A model generated the notes under the pieces. It did no database searches, had not been told where the DNA came from, and saw only the letters and a list, made by a program, of their open reading frames with translations. From NCBI GenBank assembly GCA_013239625.1, contig MU055783.1, forward strand, positions 1,302,001-1,366,000: a stretch of 64,000 nucleotides of DNA, in the 5' to 3' direction. This stretch comes from Lama guanicoe. Taxonomy: Eukaryota. A program made the translations under genes and the position numbers. Shown piece after piece: positions 13,051-25,789 of the stretch. Position 1 is the first letter of the stretch; each line of letters begins with the position of its first letter.

Positions 13051-13212
13051 TTTATTTTTTTTATTTTATTTATGTTTGTTTGTTTTGTTTTGGGGGGGTA
13101 ATTAGGTTTATTTATTTACTTATTTATTTTAATGGAGGTACTGGGGATTGAACCCTGGACCTCATGCATGCTAAGCACGCACTCCACCAATGAGCTATAT
13201 ACTCTCCCCGCT
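13051..13212 (-). mobile_element. tRNA-Ala-derived SINE (camelid Vic-1-like) with tail and TSD
   Basis: Reverse complement reads GGGGAGAGTATATAGCTCATTGGTGGAGTGCGTGCTTAGCATGCATGAGGTCCAGGGTTCAATCCCCAGTACCTCCA (A and B boxes, AGC anticodon); A-rich tail; 15-bp TSD ctcc(t/c)agtcccttct at 13036-13050 and 13213-13227. Confidence 0.9.
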
Positions 13213-14609
13213 CTCCCAGTCCCTTCTATCTGGGTTCACAGGGTGACAAGTGTGGTCTCCAGAGTCAGACCGAGGTTTGAATTCTAGACCTGCTATTGAC
13301 TAAGTATGTAATTAATTTGGCAAAAGAAATGTGTTTCCAAGGGTTAAAAACTATATAAGGATTTAATAAGATACTCTATATAAGGTAATTAATAAGGTGC
13401 CTAGCACTTAAAAACAACAGATTATGTTTGATATTATTATTGTTTCTACTTGCTTTGATTCCTTTCCTTCTGTGATCATAGATGGCATCCCATTTCTGTG
13501 CTTGCTGGGAGGAGGCAGGCTGGCTGGGCCAGCTCCCAAACTGCCGGTCTGAGGCAGGACATGCTATGGGCAGGAAGGAAGCTTAGCCTCAGTGCCGCCC
13601 GGAGCAAAGAGGGCCTTAGGAAACAGGCTGTGGTTCAGGCCTGGGAGGCAAAGGCAGACGATCAGGAGCCAGCAAGGTACAGGAACAGAGAGGAGGGGAG
13701 GAGCGAGGACCCGGGGAGGTGACAGACTCACTGCTGCTGAGGGTCCTCCCTCCCGCCTCCGCTGCCGGCCCCAGTGGGCTTGGGAGGGTCAGTGTGGGGT
13801 AAGGTTTGTTCAGACACCAGCCCCCGCCCGACCCCGCAGACTCACATTCTCCCTTTCTGCTCTGCTCAGACTTGACATCTCCTGATATCCATGTGGTTTC
13901 TGCCTCTGACCTGTCCCAGGCCTGTTTCCTCTCCGCACAAACCCTCCTTTTTCCGGGTCTGACCTCAGCCCATGCCCTCTTTCGTGAATCGTCCCATTTG
14001 GTACCTGTAGCTGGGAAGTCTGAGTACAGCTGTAACATCTTCATAATATGTTGACCAGAAGCAAATGAAAGAACTTGTCCCCGTGTAGGTGGACACAAGT
14101 GACCTGTAGTTTCCTGGAGGTTTTTTATTTTAGTTGGCATAATTCTGGGCAAGTGCTAGCGTCATCCAAACAAGCCGTGAAGTGTGAGTGCCCTGAAATA
14201 CTCTGACAACGGTCCTAGGGGAGATGTGTGAGGGCTCGAAGGATTCTTGAAAGATCCTTTCTGGGTCTCAGAAACTTACTAAAACAGCTTTTCATTTAAG
14301 TCTGAATTTTAGGTTGCTTACTCTGAGTTTGGGTCCTTCAATCTTCAGAATGTAAACTACCTGGCACCTCAGTGCCCCCATCCAAGGCTCACCCAGCTAC
14401 GTAAGCCTTTAAATAAGGAGAGAACATTCATGCTATGGAATTCTACACATACATCCAAAAAAAAAAAAAAAGGTGTGGCTTTGCGTTTTCACCAATTTAC
14501 TGAGCATCCACTGTGCTTGGATATGGCCATGGACAAACCAGACACTCTTCAATCCTGTAGAGCTTTGGTTCTACTAGAGAATCTTGATGCTTCAAGAAAA
14601 ATATTTTAA

Positions 14610-14727
14610 GGGGGGAGGGTATAGCTCAATGGTAGTGTGTGCCTGGCATGCATGAGGTCCTGGGTTCAATCCCTAGTACCTCCATTAAATTAAGTTAGTA
14701 AGTAAACCTAATGCCCCCCCCAAGAAA
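14610..14727 (+). mobile_element. tRNA-Ala-derived SINE (camelid Vic-1-like)
   Basis: GGGGAGGGTATAGCTCAATGGTAG...GGTTCAATCCCTAGTACCTCCATTAAA...AAACCTAAT plus C-run; same family as 13051-13212. Confidence 0.9.
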
Positions 14728-17473
14728 GATAGTTCATTTCTTAAATACATTTTCCAGAACGTCCCTGCATTATTTCATTAAATAACACAAGGAACAATAA
14801 GCTGTTGATCATGTAGATGGTGTATAACTATGAGATGAAAGCTCTGTAATTTACAGGAAGAAGCTGTTCTAATGGCTGCACGTGTGGACCCCACCATCCT
14901 TGGAGCCTCCATGGCTCAAAAAAATACAGGTGGAATTTCAGCCCCATAAATAAACATTAACGGAAGGCCTCAGCAATTTTTGTCAGTTATGTGTTGCAAA
15001 AGCAAAATCAGTATGTCATTATTTGGGACTTGAAAGCCAAGATTTAATCGTCATACAAGGTGAACCCGCAGGGCCAGCTAACTAGGTGGCTCCCTGAACT
15101 CCATCCACATTGATTTTATTTTTTAGTAAAGTATTTCTTCAAAGGCAAAAGGATTGTCATCAGACAGTATCTCATTACTTGGATCTCACGCTTGGATTTC
15201 TTTTTAGTCTTGCCCTGGCTTACCCTAATTTGAAGACCTACAACACTTTAAAAATCAACAGAAAGACAGTTATGATACCATAGGTACTTAACGTGGAAAC
15301 TTTCCTATGATATGACAGTAAGGGAAAAATGTAAAACTAATGGTGCAGAATAAGATATTGAGCATGATGCAGATTTCTGTGGGCAAAGCTGTATCTAATG
15401 TACATGCACGCACACGTGTGTATACATATAGTAAAAGGTCTGGAATGATCCGCACCAAACTAACATTCTGGAGAAAGAGGTGGCAGAAGGCAGGTAGATG
15501 CTAAACATTGAGTGGAATGCTCAACATTTACATTGTGTGCTTCTGTGATGCTAAATTTTTCCACAAAAAGCATGTAATATTCTGAAATTAAAAATCAAAG
15601 AAAAAAAGCTAGACGATGTGGTCCATGTAGACAAACTTCAGGAATTAAGAAATTACCATGGACATTGTGAGGAGCCGTTGCAGGGTTTAGGCAGGGAAAA
15701 TAGATATGGTCAGATCTGCAGCGACGTGGAGGGTGGACTGGGAAAAAGCAAGAACATACTGGAGACGGGGCAACCAGTGAGGAGACCGTGGAAGGACTCG
15801 AGAGATGTGAAGGCTATGAACGCAGTGGATCTTGGGGCCTGTGAGCCAGGGGGAGATGGAGGAATACAGGCAGCTGGTGGCCATGCCTGATGGGGCCGGC
15901 TGGAGGAAGAGCAGTGTGCTGAGGTCAGGAAACCCAGGTCATGGGAGACACGGCGCTGGCCTTCGGGGAGATAGATAGGTTGTGTCTCATTGTGCCGGGC
16001 ATCTTGGTCACTCAGCAGATGTAATTAGGAGTGCGTGAGGGATACGTTCTCAACAAATGGGAAAAAAATCTCCAATAAGACATGTAAAACACTCAGTCGG
16101 GACTTGAAAATGCTCTCCCTGCAGACCTGTGAGTGTGGGGGGGTGTCCATGCATCCACAGATTCTTTCCTCTGACCAAAAGGGGGACCCCCAGGGAAGCT
16201 GGAGCTCAGAATAGGCTGTGAGCCTCTTGTGGGGGTGCCCTGTGGGCCTCACTCCCATCCCCCCTAGTAGGTGCCCAAGCCAAGCTGATGACTGGCTAAG
16301 CTCCTGTCCTCTCTAAGGCCCCCCACCCCGCCACCCTTCCCTGGCTGCAGGAGAGGTGCTCCAGACCAGACACTTTGGATAATCTTTGCCTGGAGGCACC
16401 TCTGTCCCCCTCCCTGCAGTTCCTTCAGAGCTGTGGGGTTTTCTGGGCAAGGTACCCACCAACTAGGGAGAAGTTCACTGGTTCATCCCAAACACGTGCT
16501 AACTACTGCCAGAACAACGCTAAGGGCTGGGGCAGAGCCGTGGGCCAGCCAAGCTGGGCTCTGTCCATCTGGAACTCAGAGACCTGTTCAGTCAGCACCA
16601 GAGCTCTTCCTGCCCCTGCTGGTGACATTATGGGCTTTTCTGTGCAGAGTGGTTGGTGGTGTCTGAGCATTGCTGGGCGCAGGCCAGGGGAAGGGGAGCT
16701 TCAGCTGAATCCACTCTAGGGGAGCCCCAGCCAAAGCTGAATTTGGACCTGTGAAAGCTTCTGCCTTGAAAAGAATATGGTACCCCTCAGCCCTAGTGTG
16801 CTACTTGAAAATAAAAACCCAAACAAACCTCGAAGTAAAGTAAGATTAACAAAATTCTGATCTTTCCCCACAATGATGACTTAATGACTTCTTTCCAAAT
16901 GTTAATTTTTTGAGGAAGAATTTGATAATTATTTTGGGTCCCCAGGCTTGAAGGGCGCCCTTAGTATTGTCCAAAGTGCCTAGATTACCACGAGTGGTCC
17001 AGGGGTGTGGCCCAGGCTTCCTCTCGCCCTCCTTGTCCAAGGGGCTCTAAGCCAGGGTGCAAGTCTCCACAGCAGGAGAGGCCTCGAGGGTGACAATCCT
17101 CGGGGTCACGGGGTGGCTGCCGTTGGCGCCTGGACATCCAGAGCACGATGCACCCTCCAGGCTGGACACAAGATGGAGGTCTGGCCATCCCAGGAGAGTG
17201 CAGGTCAGAGCCTGGCTCCCGTGGAGAAGGAGTGGGCTGAGCTGGAAACCTTAGGGGTATGTGGCTCAGTGGGTCAGCCTGCACACAGCCCTACCTCCTG
17301 GGGTTGCCAGGACTCCAGGGATCCCCACCCTGGGGCCCGATGGCGCCACACCGGGCAGGTAGAGCCTCAGCAGCAGGTAAGGGTGTGGGGGTGGATAGTG
17401 TCACCGTGTCAGAGCCCTCTTGTTCCCTGAGCCCAGCTCTCCTCATTCAATACCTGTGGTCTTTGTTTTACAG

Positions 17474-17538
17474 AGCGATGAGGTCCTCACCGTCATCAAA
17501 GCCAAAGCTCAGTGGCCAGCCTGGCAGCCTCTCAACGT
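17474..17538 (+). CDS. SPON1: SPON1 exon 7 (spondin/FS domain): SDEVLTVIKAKAQWPAWQPLNV
   Basis: tttacag| acceptor, |gtaagt donor; 65 bp, phase 0-2; translation matches F-spondin as I recall it. Not shown in the ORF track in this frame. Confidence 0.96.
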
Positions 17539-17799
17539 GTAAGTACAAACAGGGCTCTGCCCATCCCCTGTCCTAGCCTGGCACTTGGGGCCACTCACCC
17601 ACTGGCCGCCACCACATGCCAGTTATGTTCTGAAAGTCAGCAACACCTCCCAGGTGGATGAGCAGGTGAGGTGCACTGCCTGTGCGTGGCCTATCACGTG
17701 CCCCTACCTTCTCAGGAAGTGCAGGCTTGATCTCTGTGTCCTGCGTGGCTTTAACACCGCAGCTGACCCAGCTCAGACGTTGGAGGTGTTAAGAACACG

Positions 17800-18335
17800 C
17801 TTAACTATAAAGCTCTGAAAACCAGGGAGAGAATTCTCCACTGAGATATAAAATTGAGAGTCACCAAGGAATGGGAGGCAATCAATACCAAGGTCATGGA
17901 TGAGAGAGAGCGTGAGAATGAGAGTCAAGGGCTTGGGACTGAGTCTTAGGGAGCTCCAGCATTTACGGCTGAGGAGGACCTGCCTGCAAAGAAGGCAAAA
18001 AAGGAGCAGCAGGGAGATTGGGAAGGAAGCTTGGCATCCGGGAAGCCCAGAAAAGAAAGTGTTCAAGAACAAGAGAGTGGTCAGCTGTGCCCAGTGCGGC
18101 TGAGAGGTTGCGGAAGATGAGAGCTGCAAAAGGTCCCTTGGATTTATCAACATGAAGATTCATCAGTGACGTTACTGGGACTCCTCTCTGCTGAGTCATG
18201 GGGGGAGGGGTAAAAGCCTGGAGCAAGGTGAAATCTGAACAGAGTGTGGTTATGGAGTTGGTGAGTGAAGTGAACTGTTCTGTGAAGTTTGCTCTGAAAG
18301 AAGAGAGCCTGGGCAGTAGCTTCAAGGAGGTGAAA
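17800..18335. mobile_element. L2 fragment
   Basis: gatataaaattgagagtcacc...ccaaggtcatggatgag...gtggtcagctgtgccc...cccttggatttatcaacatgaag. Confidence 0.7.
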
Positions 18336-19523
18336 GAACCAATGGAGCTTTTTTTCTTCCAAGATGAGACTTTCTGAAAACTTGAAAAAAATACTTAAGG
18401 ACACCCTCCCACCCTTCAGCCATCCCTTAGACTTCCTGAGACCCCAGTGGAACACAATGAATCGACGGAAAACACTCATATCTCCCAAACACCCAAACCC
18501 TCTCCACTCAGTGCTACCAGCTCGTTAAAGTAAAGGAATTTTCCTTTGGTTTTCCCATACCCTAGTCAACCCTTTCCTCTTCCAAATCTCATTAGGAAGT
18601 CAAATTAGGAAGCCTACTGGCAGCCAAGTTTTGTTTTGCAGAATCAGCCCCGCCCCTCGAGCCGGAGCCTGCTCGATTGAGGTTAATGGGATTCCAGCCT
18701 CCCTCAGGCCAGTGGAAAGCCAGGGTGACCTACTTTGTGAAGTCTTGCCCAGAGAAACTGACTTGTTTTTCAATGATCTTCGTCTTTATCCCAGGACCAC
18801 TTCTCAAAGGACAGCCATAAATGAACAAATTAGCTGCTGACTTGTTTAGCTCAATAAATCAAGCTGCAGCTCCGACAGCCCAGAGCACAGGTAGAGACAG
18901 GAAAAGACAGATTCTGAACAAAACCCACATCCTTCACGAGTTCCTGAGTAGAAAATGTCCAGGTTTCCTGCAAATCAATGCTGAATTTCCACCCCCCAGT
19001 TCCTCCAGTTTAGTCTGAATGTTAGGAATTACTGGAACTTTAAAAAAATCATTTTTATTCCCTTATAATGAATCCTCTAAAAGACTGTACTCCCCTTAAT
19101 TAGTCCCAGCCATTCTGTTTAATTAACATTTGATTAGACAATGGCCCCTGTTTTCAAGACAAACGAGGAGCAGGTAAAATAGAGACATGGTCACCCTTAC
19201 CAGAAATCCTGCCTCTGGAGGATCTATGCCCCTGTAATCAGCCCAGCTACAGGGGGGTGGGGGTCAGGGCAGAGGCGTCTTTCAAATCAGGGCTGGAAGT
19301 TTCAGGGCCCTCCCTGCCTCCAGTAGCACCTGCCCAGGTCTGTCAATGTCCTCAAGGTTGTAAAGGAAGACTGACCTTGGACTAGAGGAGCAGGCAGTGG
19401 ATCTCATCGGCCAGGTGGACTGGAAGCCCTAGATGCCTCCAGGTTATAAACAGTTTTCCTAGGCAGGAAACCTTACTGAAACCTTCCTCTTCCTGCACTG
19501 AACTTCAGCGTAGGGAATGGCTC

Positions 19524-19557
19524 CAGCGCCCCCTAGTGTCCACATTGGGTTTCTGCA
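19524..19557 (-). promoter_or_regulatory. CTCF motif with upstream module
   Basis: Minus strand TGCAGAAACC-caatg-TGGACACTAGGGGGCGCTG; the core closely matches TGGCCACCAGGGGGCGCTA. Confidence 0.75.
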
Positions 19558-20614
19558 ACTTTGAATGCTCTAATGGGGATTACTTCAAACAGGTACATGG
19601 TGAGGGACCCAACTCAGCCTAAGAATGACCTGAGTTACCAATGACCCGAGTCTCACTGATGTGGAGCTGTCATTTAGGATGGGATAGCGAGTCTCTAGAA
19701 GGACCATGGAAATCCTTTATTGCTTGTTTTCTTTCGCGGTGTTTATGGAAGTTTCGTTTAGAAAAGCTGAATGAGAAGGAAATCAATGTTCGCCTTCCTA
19801 TCACGTGCCAGTCACAGTGATAAGCAGTTTCCCCACAGAAAGCCCTGAGGTGGATCTGAGGATGCTCCCATTTGCAGATTAGTAAATACAAAGGGAGGTG
19901 AGGTGGAGGGTTCCTCCAAGGCACTGCTGAACTCCCAAGGGGCCAAGAGCCAAGGGCTGGGGCATAAAGCAGCCCCGCGCATGCTGCCCACATGCCAGTG
20001 CTCCCTGGTGGGCAGTCACTGGAAGGTGGGCACCAGACCATGTCCTGTTAGTCCCATGGTGAGCAGTGCCGCAACTCCCCAGACTGCAGTTCTTATAGAA
20101 GCCAAGTGTTTAAAGACCCTGCTAAAAGCAATGTCTACATGCCAGAAAATGCACACATGAGAAAAGGAAGTGAAATCCCCCAATTTGTGCCTCACTAATT
20201 AGCAGACTATGTAAGTGGGACGTTAGTGGTTTATAAAGGCTTCCTAATAAATCATCTTATTTGAGCCTCACAGCAAACTGCAGGTGGCTAAGGTCAGATG
20301 AAGAAATGGAGACTAGAAGAGGGTGAGTGAGTTACCCAAGAGCTCATAAGTAGTGACGCACGAGTCGTCATATATCCACTTGTTCAGTTGGCCCACTGGA
20401 CACCTGGGGTGTGGCTGTGAAATTTGGGTTCCTGCCCTCAAGGAGCTCCTAGTCTAGTGGGGGAGACCCAGCAGTGAGGAGGAGATTCCAAAGGGCAGAG
20501 CTCAGAGACCTACACAGTGTATGGAAATACACACCAAGGGCACTGGCCTGTGTGGGGGCTCAGAAAGGCTCCAGGATGAGGTGGCCCATAACCTGAGGCT
20601 TGGAAGATGAGGAG

Positions 20615-20790
20615 TCCAATGATTCTCAAGCTTGAGGTGCATTATAATCACCTGGAGGGATTATTAAAACAAAATACTGGATTCTACCCCCAGAGTTGCT
20701 AATTAAGGAAATCTAGGGTAAGGCCCAATAACTTGAATTTCCGACAAGTTCCCAGGGGAGGCCAATACTGTTGGTGTGAGGACCACAGAC
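20615..20790. mobile_element. MER5A-like hAT-Charlie DNA transposon
   Basis: gattctcaagcttgag...aatcacctggaggg...cccccagagtt...acaagttcccagg...ggaccaca. Confidence 0.75.
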
Positions 20791-22728
20791 CACCGACAAA
20801 GAGCTTTCTCAGCAGATGCAAGTGAACATGGGACCTGAAACCAGGCCAGCCTGGCAGGATACAGGGAGCCTCTGGGGCAGCAGGCAGGGTCGGACAGGGA
20901 GGCTGGAGAAGGAGCAACACTAGACCTTGCTGATCAGCTGATGCCAAAGCCAGGGCACAGGCCAGGCTCTTCCTCTCCTCAGATGCCAGAACCTAGACTG
21001 ACATCAGGCTGAAATGTGAGGTGCACTCAGGAAGGCCTCCCTCACCTCCTCTCCCCTTTTTTCTGATCTTTGTATGAGCCTACAGTGCTGCTTCTCTCAG
21101 GAGCAGTAATAGTAATACCTGGTCAGGGGCCAGGCACTGGGCTTAGTACTGGATGTGAGCTCTCTCCTTAAACACAATACCCTTTTGGAGTGGACATGGG
21201 GATCCCCATTTTATAGATTTGGACACTGAGGCACAGAAAGATTTGGTCATTTGTCCAAGGATATGCAGCTCTAAGAGGCAGTGCAGGTTGCACACCCAGG
21301 CTCTCCCCTCCGCTCCCCGTCTCTGCTCATTATTTGAGCCCATCTGACCTGCACAGCCCAAGGGGCCCAGGCCCACAGGGCCCAGTTGGGCCCGGAGTCA
21401 TCACTTTCTGGGACAGGTGAGGGCAGCCTGGAGCAGCTGGTCCCAACAGAGGAGCACAGGGACTCCCAAACAGCTGTCAGCTGGGCTGAACAGTCGAGTT
21501 GGTTCCCAGCAAAGGCTCCCCCACGATCAGCAGCCTGAGCGGGTAGAGTCAGACAGGGCCACCTTCACACATCAGCCTCTACCAGCTGTGCCTCGAAGTT
21601 CATCAACCTCTAGACGCTCTCCTTTGTCCTCTGCAAGAGTAATAATTCTCACCCCACAGCAGTGTCATGGGGGAAAAATAACATAATGCAGGTGTGCCAC
21701 CAAGTGTGTGCTGAGTGACTGTAATTCCCACCACGCCTCTGGGTGGGATCTCACACAGCCCTGGCCATGCCTAGGACCTCTTAGCCATACGAGGAGCTCA
21801 AGGTTGAAGAACTGCCTCCCATAGCTTGGAGGTGGTCAGCCAGAGGTCGCTGGCTCCATAGCTGGGTCCCTGCTTGCCTGCTGGAGGAAATGACAGGGGA
21901 ACCAGCTAAGAGGCTGTGAGCTCTGTGCCCTGGCATTACCTTGCGCTGAGCAGCCTGTAGAGGGCAGTGGAGGCAGCAGGCAGGGGAGAGACCCCCTTCA
22001 ACAACAGTGCAGTGGACCAATCAGAGCAAGAAAGGGGTCGGGGGGTGGTACTTAGAAACTGATCGTGAAAACCCTGACCCCAAACTAAGACTGACTGGGG
22101 TTGTGGTATCTGTTCTGCCACTTCACTTTGTGACTTTGAACACGTGACATGACAACCCTTTGGAGCCTCAGTTTCCTCATCCATAAATCAGACTCAGTAA
22201 TCTTCACCCCAGGTCTGTCCTGAGGCATCTGTGAGAACATAAAAGGCTTGGGCATTGTTGCACAGCTTTTATTTGTTGAGTTCACCTCACAACCAACACA
22301 GCTGGGTGCACACGTAGCCCAGTGTTGGTTCATTCATTTATTCGGAAACATTAGCTGAGCATCTCCGCTGTGCCAGACCCTGTTGTGGGCACTGGAAATA
22401 GAGCCATGAAAGAGGCAGACAGAAACTCTGCTTCCCCAGAGCTTACACACTCCAGGGAGAGATGACAGTCAATAAACAGCTAAACAAATAAAGAAGAAAA
22501 TACAAAATAACGCAGACACATTAAAACTGGCTAGGGTGGTGGCATATGGTTCTCTCTGCGTGTAGCCAGAGGATGGGCTCGGAGAGAGAAACCAGTAGCA
22601 GCCAAAGGCAGAGATCGATGGGAGTCCAAGAATCCCCCTTCTTTCTTTCCCTCTCATCCTTTACCCATTGTCTGCCAGAGTGTGCACCCCAAGAGCTGAC
22701 GGTAATGGTCTCTGTCTTCGGGTTCCAG

Positions 22729-22930
22729 AAGAGCAGCACCCTCGGCTGAGTTTTCAGTGGACAGGACACGCCATTTAATGTCCTTCCTGACCATGATGGG
22801 CCCCAGCCCCGACTGGAACGTGGGCCTATCTGCAGAAGATCTGTGCACCAAAGAGTGCGGCTGGGTCCAGAAGGTGGTGCAGGACCTGATTCCCTGGGAT
22901 GCCGGCACCGACAGCGGGGTGACCTATGAG
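22729..22930 (+). CDS. SPON1: SPON1 exon 8 (spondin domain): RAAPSAEFSVDRTRHLMSFLTMMGPSPDWNVG...DAGTDSGVTYE
   Basis: ttccag| acceptor, |gtgcgt donor; 202 bp; contains the spondin_N signatures GPSPDW and WDAGTDSG; phase joins exon 7. Confidence 0.98.
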
Positions 22931-23415
22931 GTGCGTGTGCGCCTGGAGTGGTGAGTGACCAACCTCCCAAGTGCCTGCTCTTTGCCTGGCTATGTTCTGG
23001 GTGCCCTAGACACAGAGGAGAGTGTGGCCCAGGCTCTGCTGGACAAACTCAGTCTGGTAGGGGAGCCCAGCATGGTTCCATCACCACATCCTCACCTGCT
23101 GTGTGACTTGGGCTCTGGGAAGTGTCATGCAGCTGGTCAGGAGAGCCTGGGGAGGGAATCTGCAGATAAGCTGTTGGAGGTAAGCAAAGGAACAGGGGGC
23201 CAAAGTCATGGAGGCAAAGAGAGAGGGGGGAGAGAGAAGGGGGAACAGCAGGAAGTGGATGATCGTTAAGCTGAGTCAGATTCTCAAAGTTTCAGAACAG
23301 CCACGTTAAGGAGTTTGGATTCTCCTGTGAATGTCAGTATTTTTCTAGATGGTCAGCATGCCAACTGCATTGAAATCTGGAGCCATCAGAAAACCAGTGG
23401 TAGAACAGCCTAGAA

Positions 23416-23618
23416 CAGACGTTGGTAAACTAAGCTCTGGACTCCACCTCCCACCCCCAACAGTAAATTAAGTTTTTGAGCCCAGCCTCACGCATTCAGT
23501 GACAAGTCTGGGGCTGCTTTCTCACTACAACAGCTGAGCTGAGTCGTTGTGACAGACACAGTATGGCCTAAAATATTTACCAGCTGACCCTCCACAGACA
23601 AAAGTTTGCCAACTCCTG
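23416..23618. mobile_element. MER58A-like hAT-Charlie element
   Basis: TIR-like ends cagacgttggtaaact ... aagtttgccaactcctg; ctag-centred flanks typical of hAT target sites. Confidence 0.75.
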
Positions 23619-23926
23619 GTCTAGTACAAAGAACTCTGAATTCAGGCCAACCTAGTTCAGCTATTCCCTAGCTGGAAATGGCTCTCTGAAACTCGGCATC
23701 TTCATCTGGGCATAATCCTACTGTGTACATGGGAAATTGTGGAAGTATAGATCTACAAATTTCTATGCACAATGCATGGCATGAATTGAATTCTATAAAC
23801 ATAACTAGTAGTTATACTTGTTAAATTTCTATCCACGTTTTTGTTCTGATCATGTATCAAATTGCTTTTGTAGTTTTTAACCAGTTTTATTTCCCACTTT
23901 CTGTATCTGTGTTTTCTTCACTGCAG

Positions 23927-24067
23927 TCACCCAACAAACCCACAATTCCCCAGGAGAAAATCCGGCCCCTGACTAGTCTAGACCATCCTCAGAGTCCTTT
24001 TTATGATCCAGAGGGCGGGTCCATCACTCAAGTAGCCAGAGTCGTCATCGAGAGAATCGCCCGGAAG
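23927..24067 (+). CDS. SPON1: SPON1 exon 9: SPNKPTIPQEKIRPL...VVIERIARK
   Basis: ctgcag| acceptor, |gtactg donor; 141 bp, phase 0-0. Confidence 0.97.
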
Positions 24068-24508
24068 GTACTGGGTTAGGGCTCACCCTGGCACAGACCC
24101 TTCCCACCAGGCGTGCGAGAGACTGGACCCTTTTCTGCGCTAAAATCATGGGGTCCCTGGCATATTCTAGCATGTGGAATTCCTGGGCCTCTCAGAGTTT
24201 CTAGAATGCAAATTATTTATAAGTTATAAATGAGAAAAGTGAACGTAGTGGTACAGTTTGACGCTCAATGGAATGATTGGATCCAGGTACCCAGGCTTCA
24301 TCATGAATTCCATAATCAATTGTTAATGTCTGCCACGAGTCAGGAAGTGGGCAGCTGTGGCTTTCTTGCCATTTCTGGTTCAGTCAGGTTCTAAGAGTTG
24401 GCCCAGGATTTGTATACAGGGAGGCATTCTATTTTATATCCTCCCTCATCTTTCCCCTACACATTCCATTCTTTAATGTGAGCCCTCCAAGTAAAATTCC
24501 TTTTGCAG

Positions 24509-24584
24509 GGGGAGCAGTGCAATATCGTCCCTGACAACGTTGATGATATTGTTGCAGACCTAGCTCCAGAGGAGAAAGATGAAG
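24509..24584 (+). CDS. SPON1: SPON1 exon 10 (acidic linker): GEQCNIVPDNVDDIVADLAPEEKDE
   Basis: ttttgcag| acceptor, |gtaagt donor; 76 bp, phase 0-1. Confidence 0.96.
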
Positions 24585-25606
24585 GTAAGTTGTTTCCCTG
24601 TGGGGCAGGTGGCAACATAAATTGGAAACTAAACTTAAACTATCTTCTGGGAAGGCAATTTGCTAACACGTTTTAAAAGCTACAAATATACTATGTCCTT
24701 AGACTTGGTAACCCCATCTTTGAGGATTGCTGCTTGAGAAATAATCCAAAACAAAGCCAAGGCTAAGCACAGAGTGTAAGGGAACTGGTGAAGGCAGGAC
24801 ACCTCAGCAGTATCAGGCCTTTCACATATCATGTAAAAGGCACCTGCATGGGCTTCACAGCGCTCAGGTCCCTCTGTGTTGATCTCACGCTAGCCTGTGA
24901 GGCCGGCTGTGGGTCAGTCCACCTCCCTAGCAAGGAAAGTGAGCCCAGACCCTAAAGTCAGGGAGGCAATGCAGAGCCGTGGTTTCAGCTCACATCTTCT
25001 CACAGACCCAGAGCTAGACAAGCTGGGCTCTCCTCCTATGGCCGTGGGCAGGAAGCCCAGCTTTCTGCCACCACTTTGACTATAAAATGGGGATAAAAAC
25101 AAGACCCTGCCTTGTAGAGTTGTCGGAGGATCAAATGGGATAAAACACATTAGGTTCTTAGGATGATGCTCACACCTAATAAGTGCTCAGTGAACACTGG
25201 TCACCCTTATTCTTATCATGACCCTGTGGAGGGGCTCACTGGGAAGATAAGCAACAACACATAAAAAAGCCTGCGCTTCCCCAGATTGCCTAGGGTGGCC
25301 TGCACCTGTGTGCAAACAGTGTCTGCCAAGGCGAGGAGCTGGGAATGAAAAGATGTCCATGTGCTGAGGGGATGGGATTGTAAGAGAATTTTGCCTTATT
25401 ATTATGTGATTGAGATTCGTATTAATAGAATGCTAAAATAGAACTTTTAAAGGGCAGTGAATGGCTGCTTCCATCCCAGGAGGAGCCAGGCTCGCTGAGG
25501 CTGGTCGGACAGCAGGGATTTTCTTGTCCCCACATGAGCTTGTCTGGGGAGGCCAGTCACAGCTTCCACAGGCTCCCAGGGAAAACATGTCCCCTCCTCT
25601 CCCCAG

Positions 25607-25789
25607 ATGACACCCCTGAAACCTGCATCTACTCCAACTGGTCCCCGTGGTCCGCCTGCAGCTCGTCCACCTGCGACAAAGGCAAGAGGATGCGGCAGCG
25701 CATGCTGAAAGCACAGCTGGACCTCAGCGTCCCCTGCCCTGACACCCAGGACTTCCAGCCCTGCATGGGTCCGGGCTGCAGCGACGAAG
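25607..25789 (+). CDS. SPON1: SPON1 exon 11 (TSR1): DDTPETCIYSNWSPWSACSSSTCDKG...GCSDE
   Basis: ccccag| acceptor, |gtgagg donor; 183 bp, phase 1-1; WxxWxxC and RxRxR TSR pattern. Confidence 0.98.

Noticed and set aside
13051-14727. Two tRNA-Ala-like sequences as real tRNA genes
   Set aside because: They have mismatched stems, shared SINE-specific 3' extensions, A-rich tails and a TSD, so they are SINEs.
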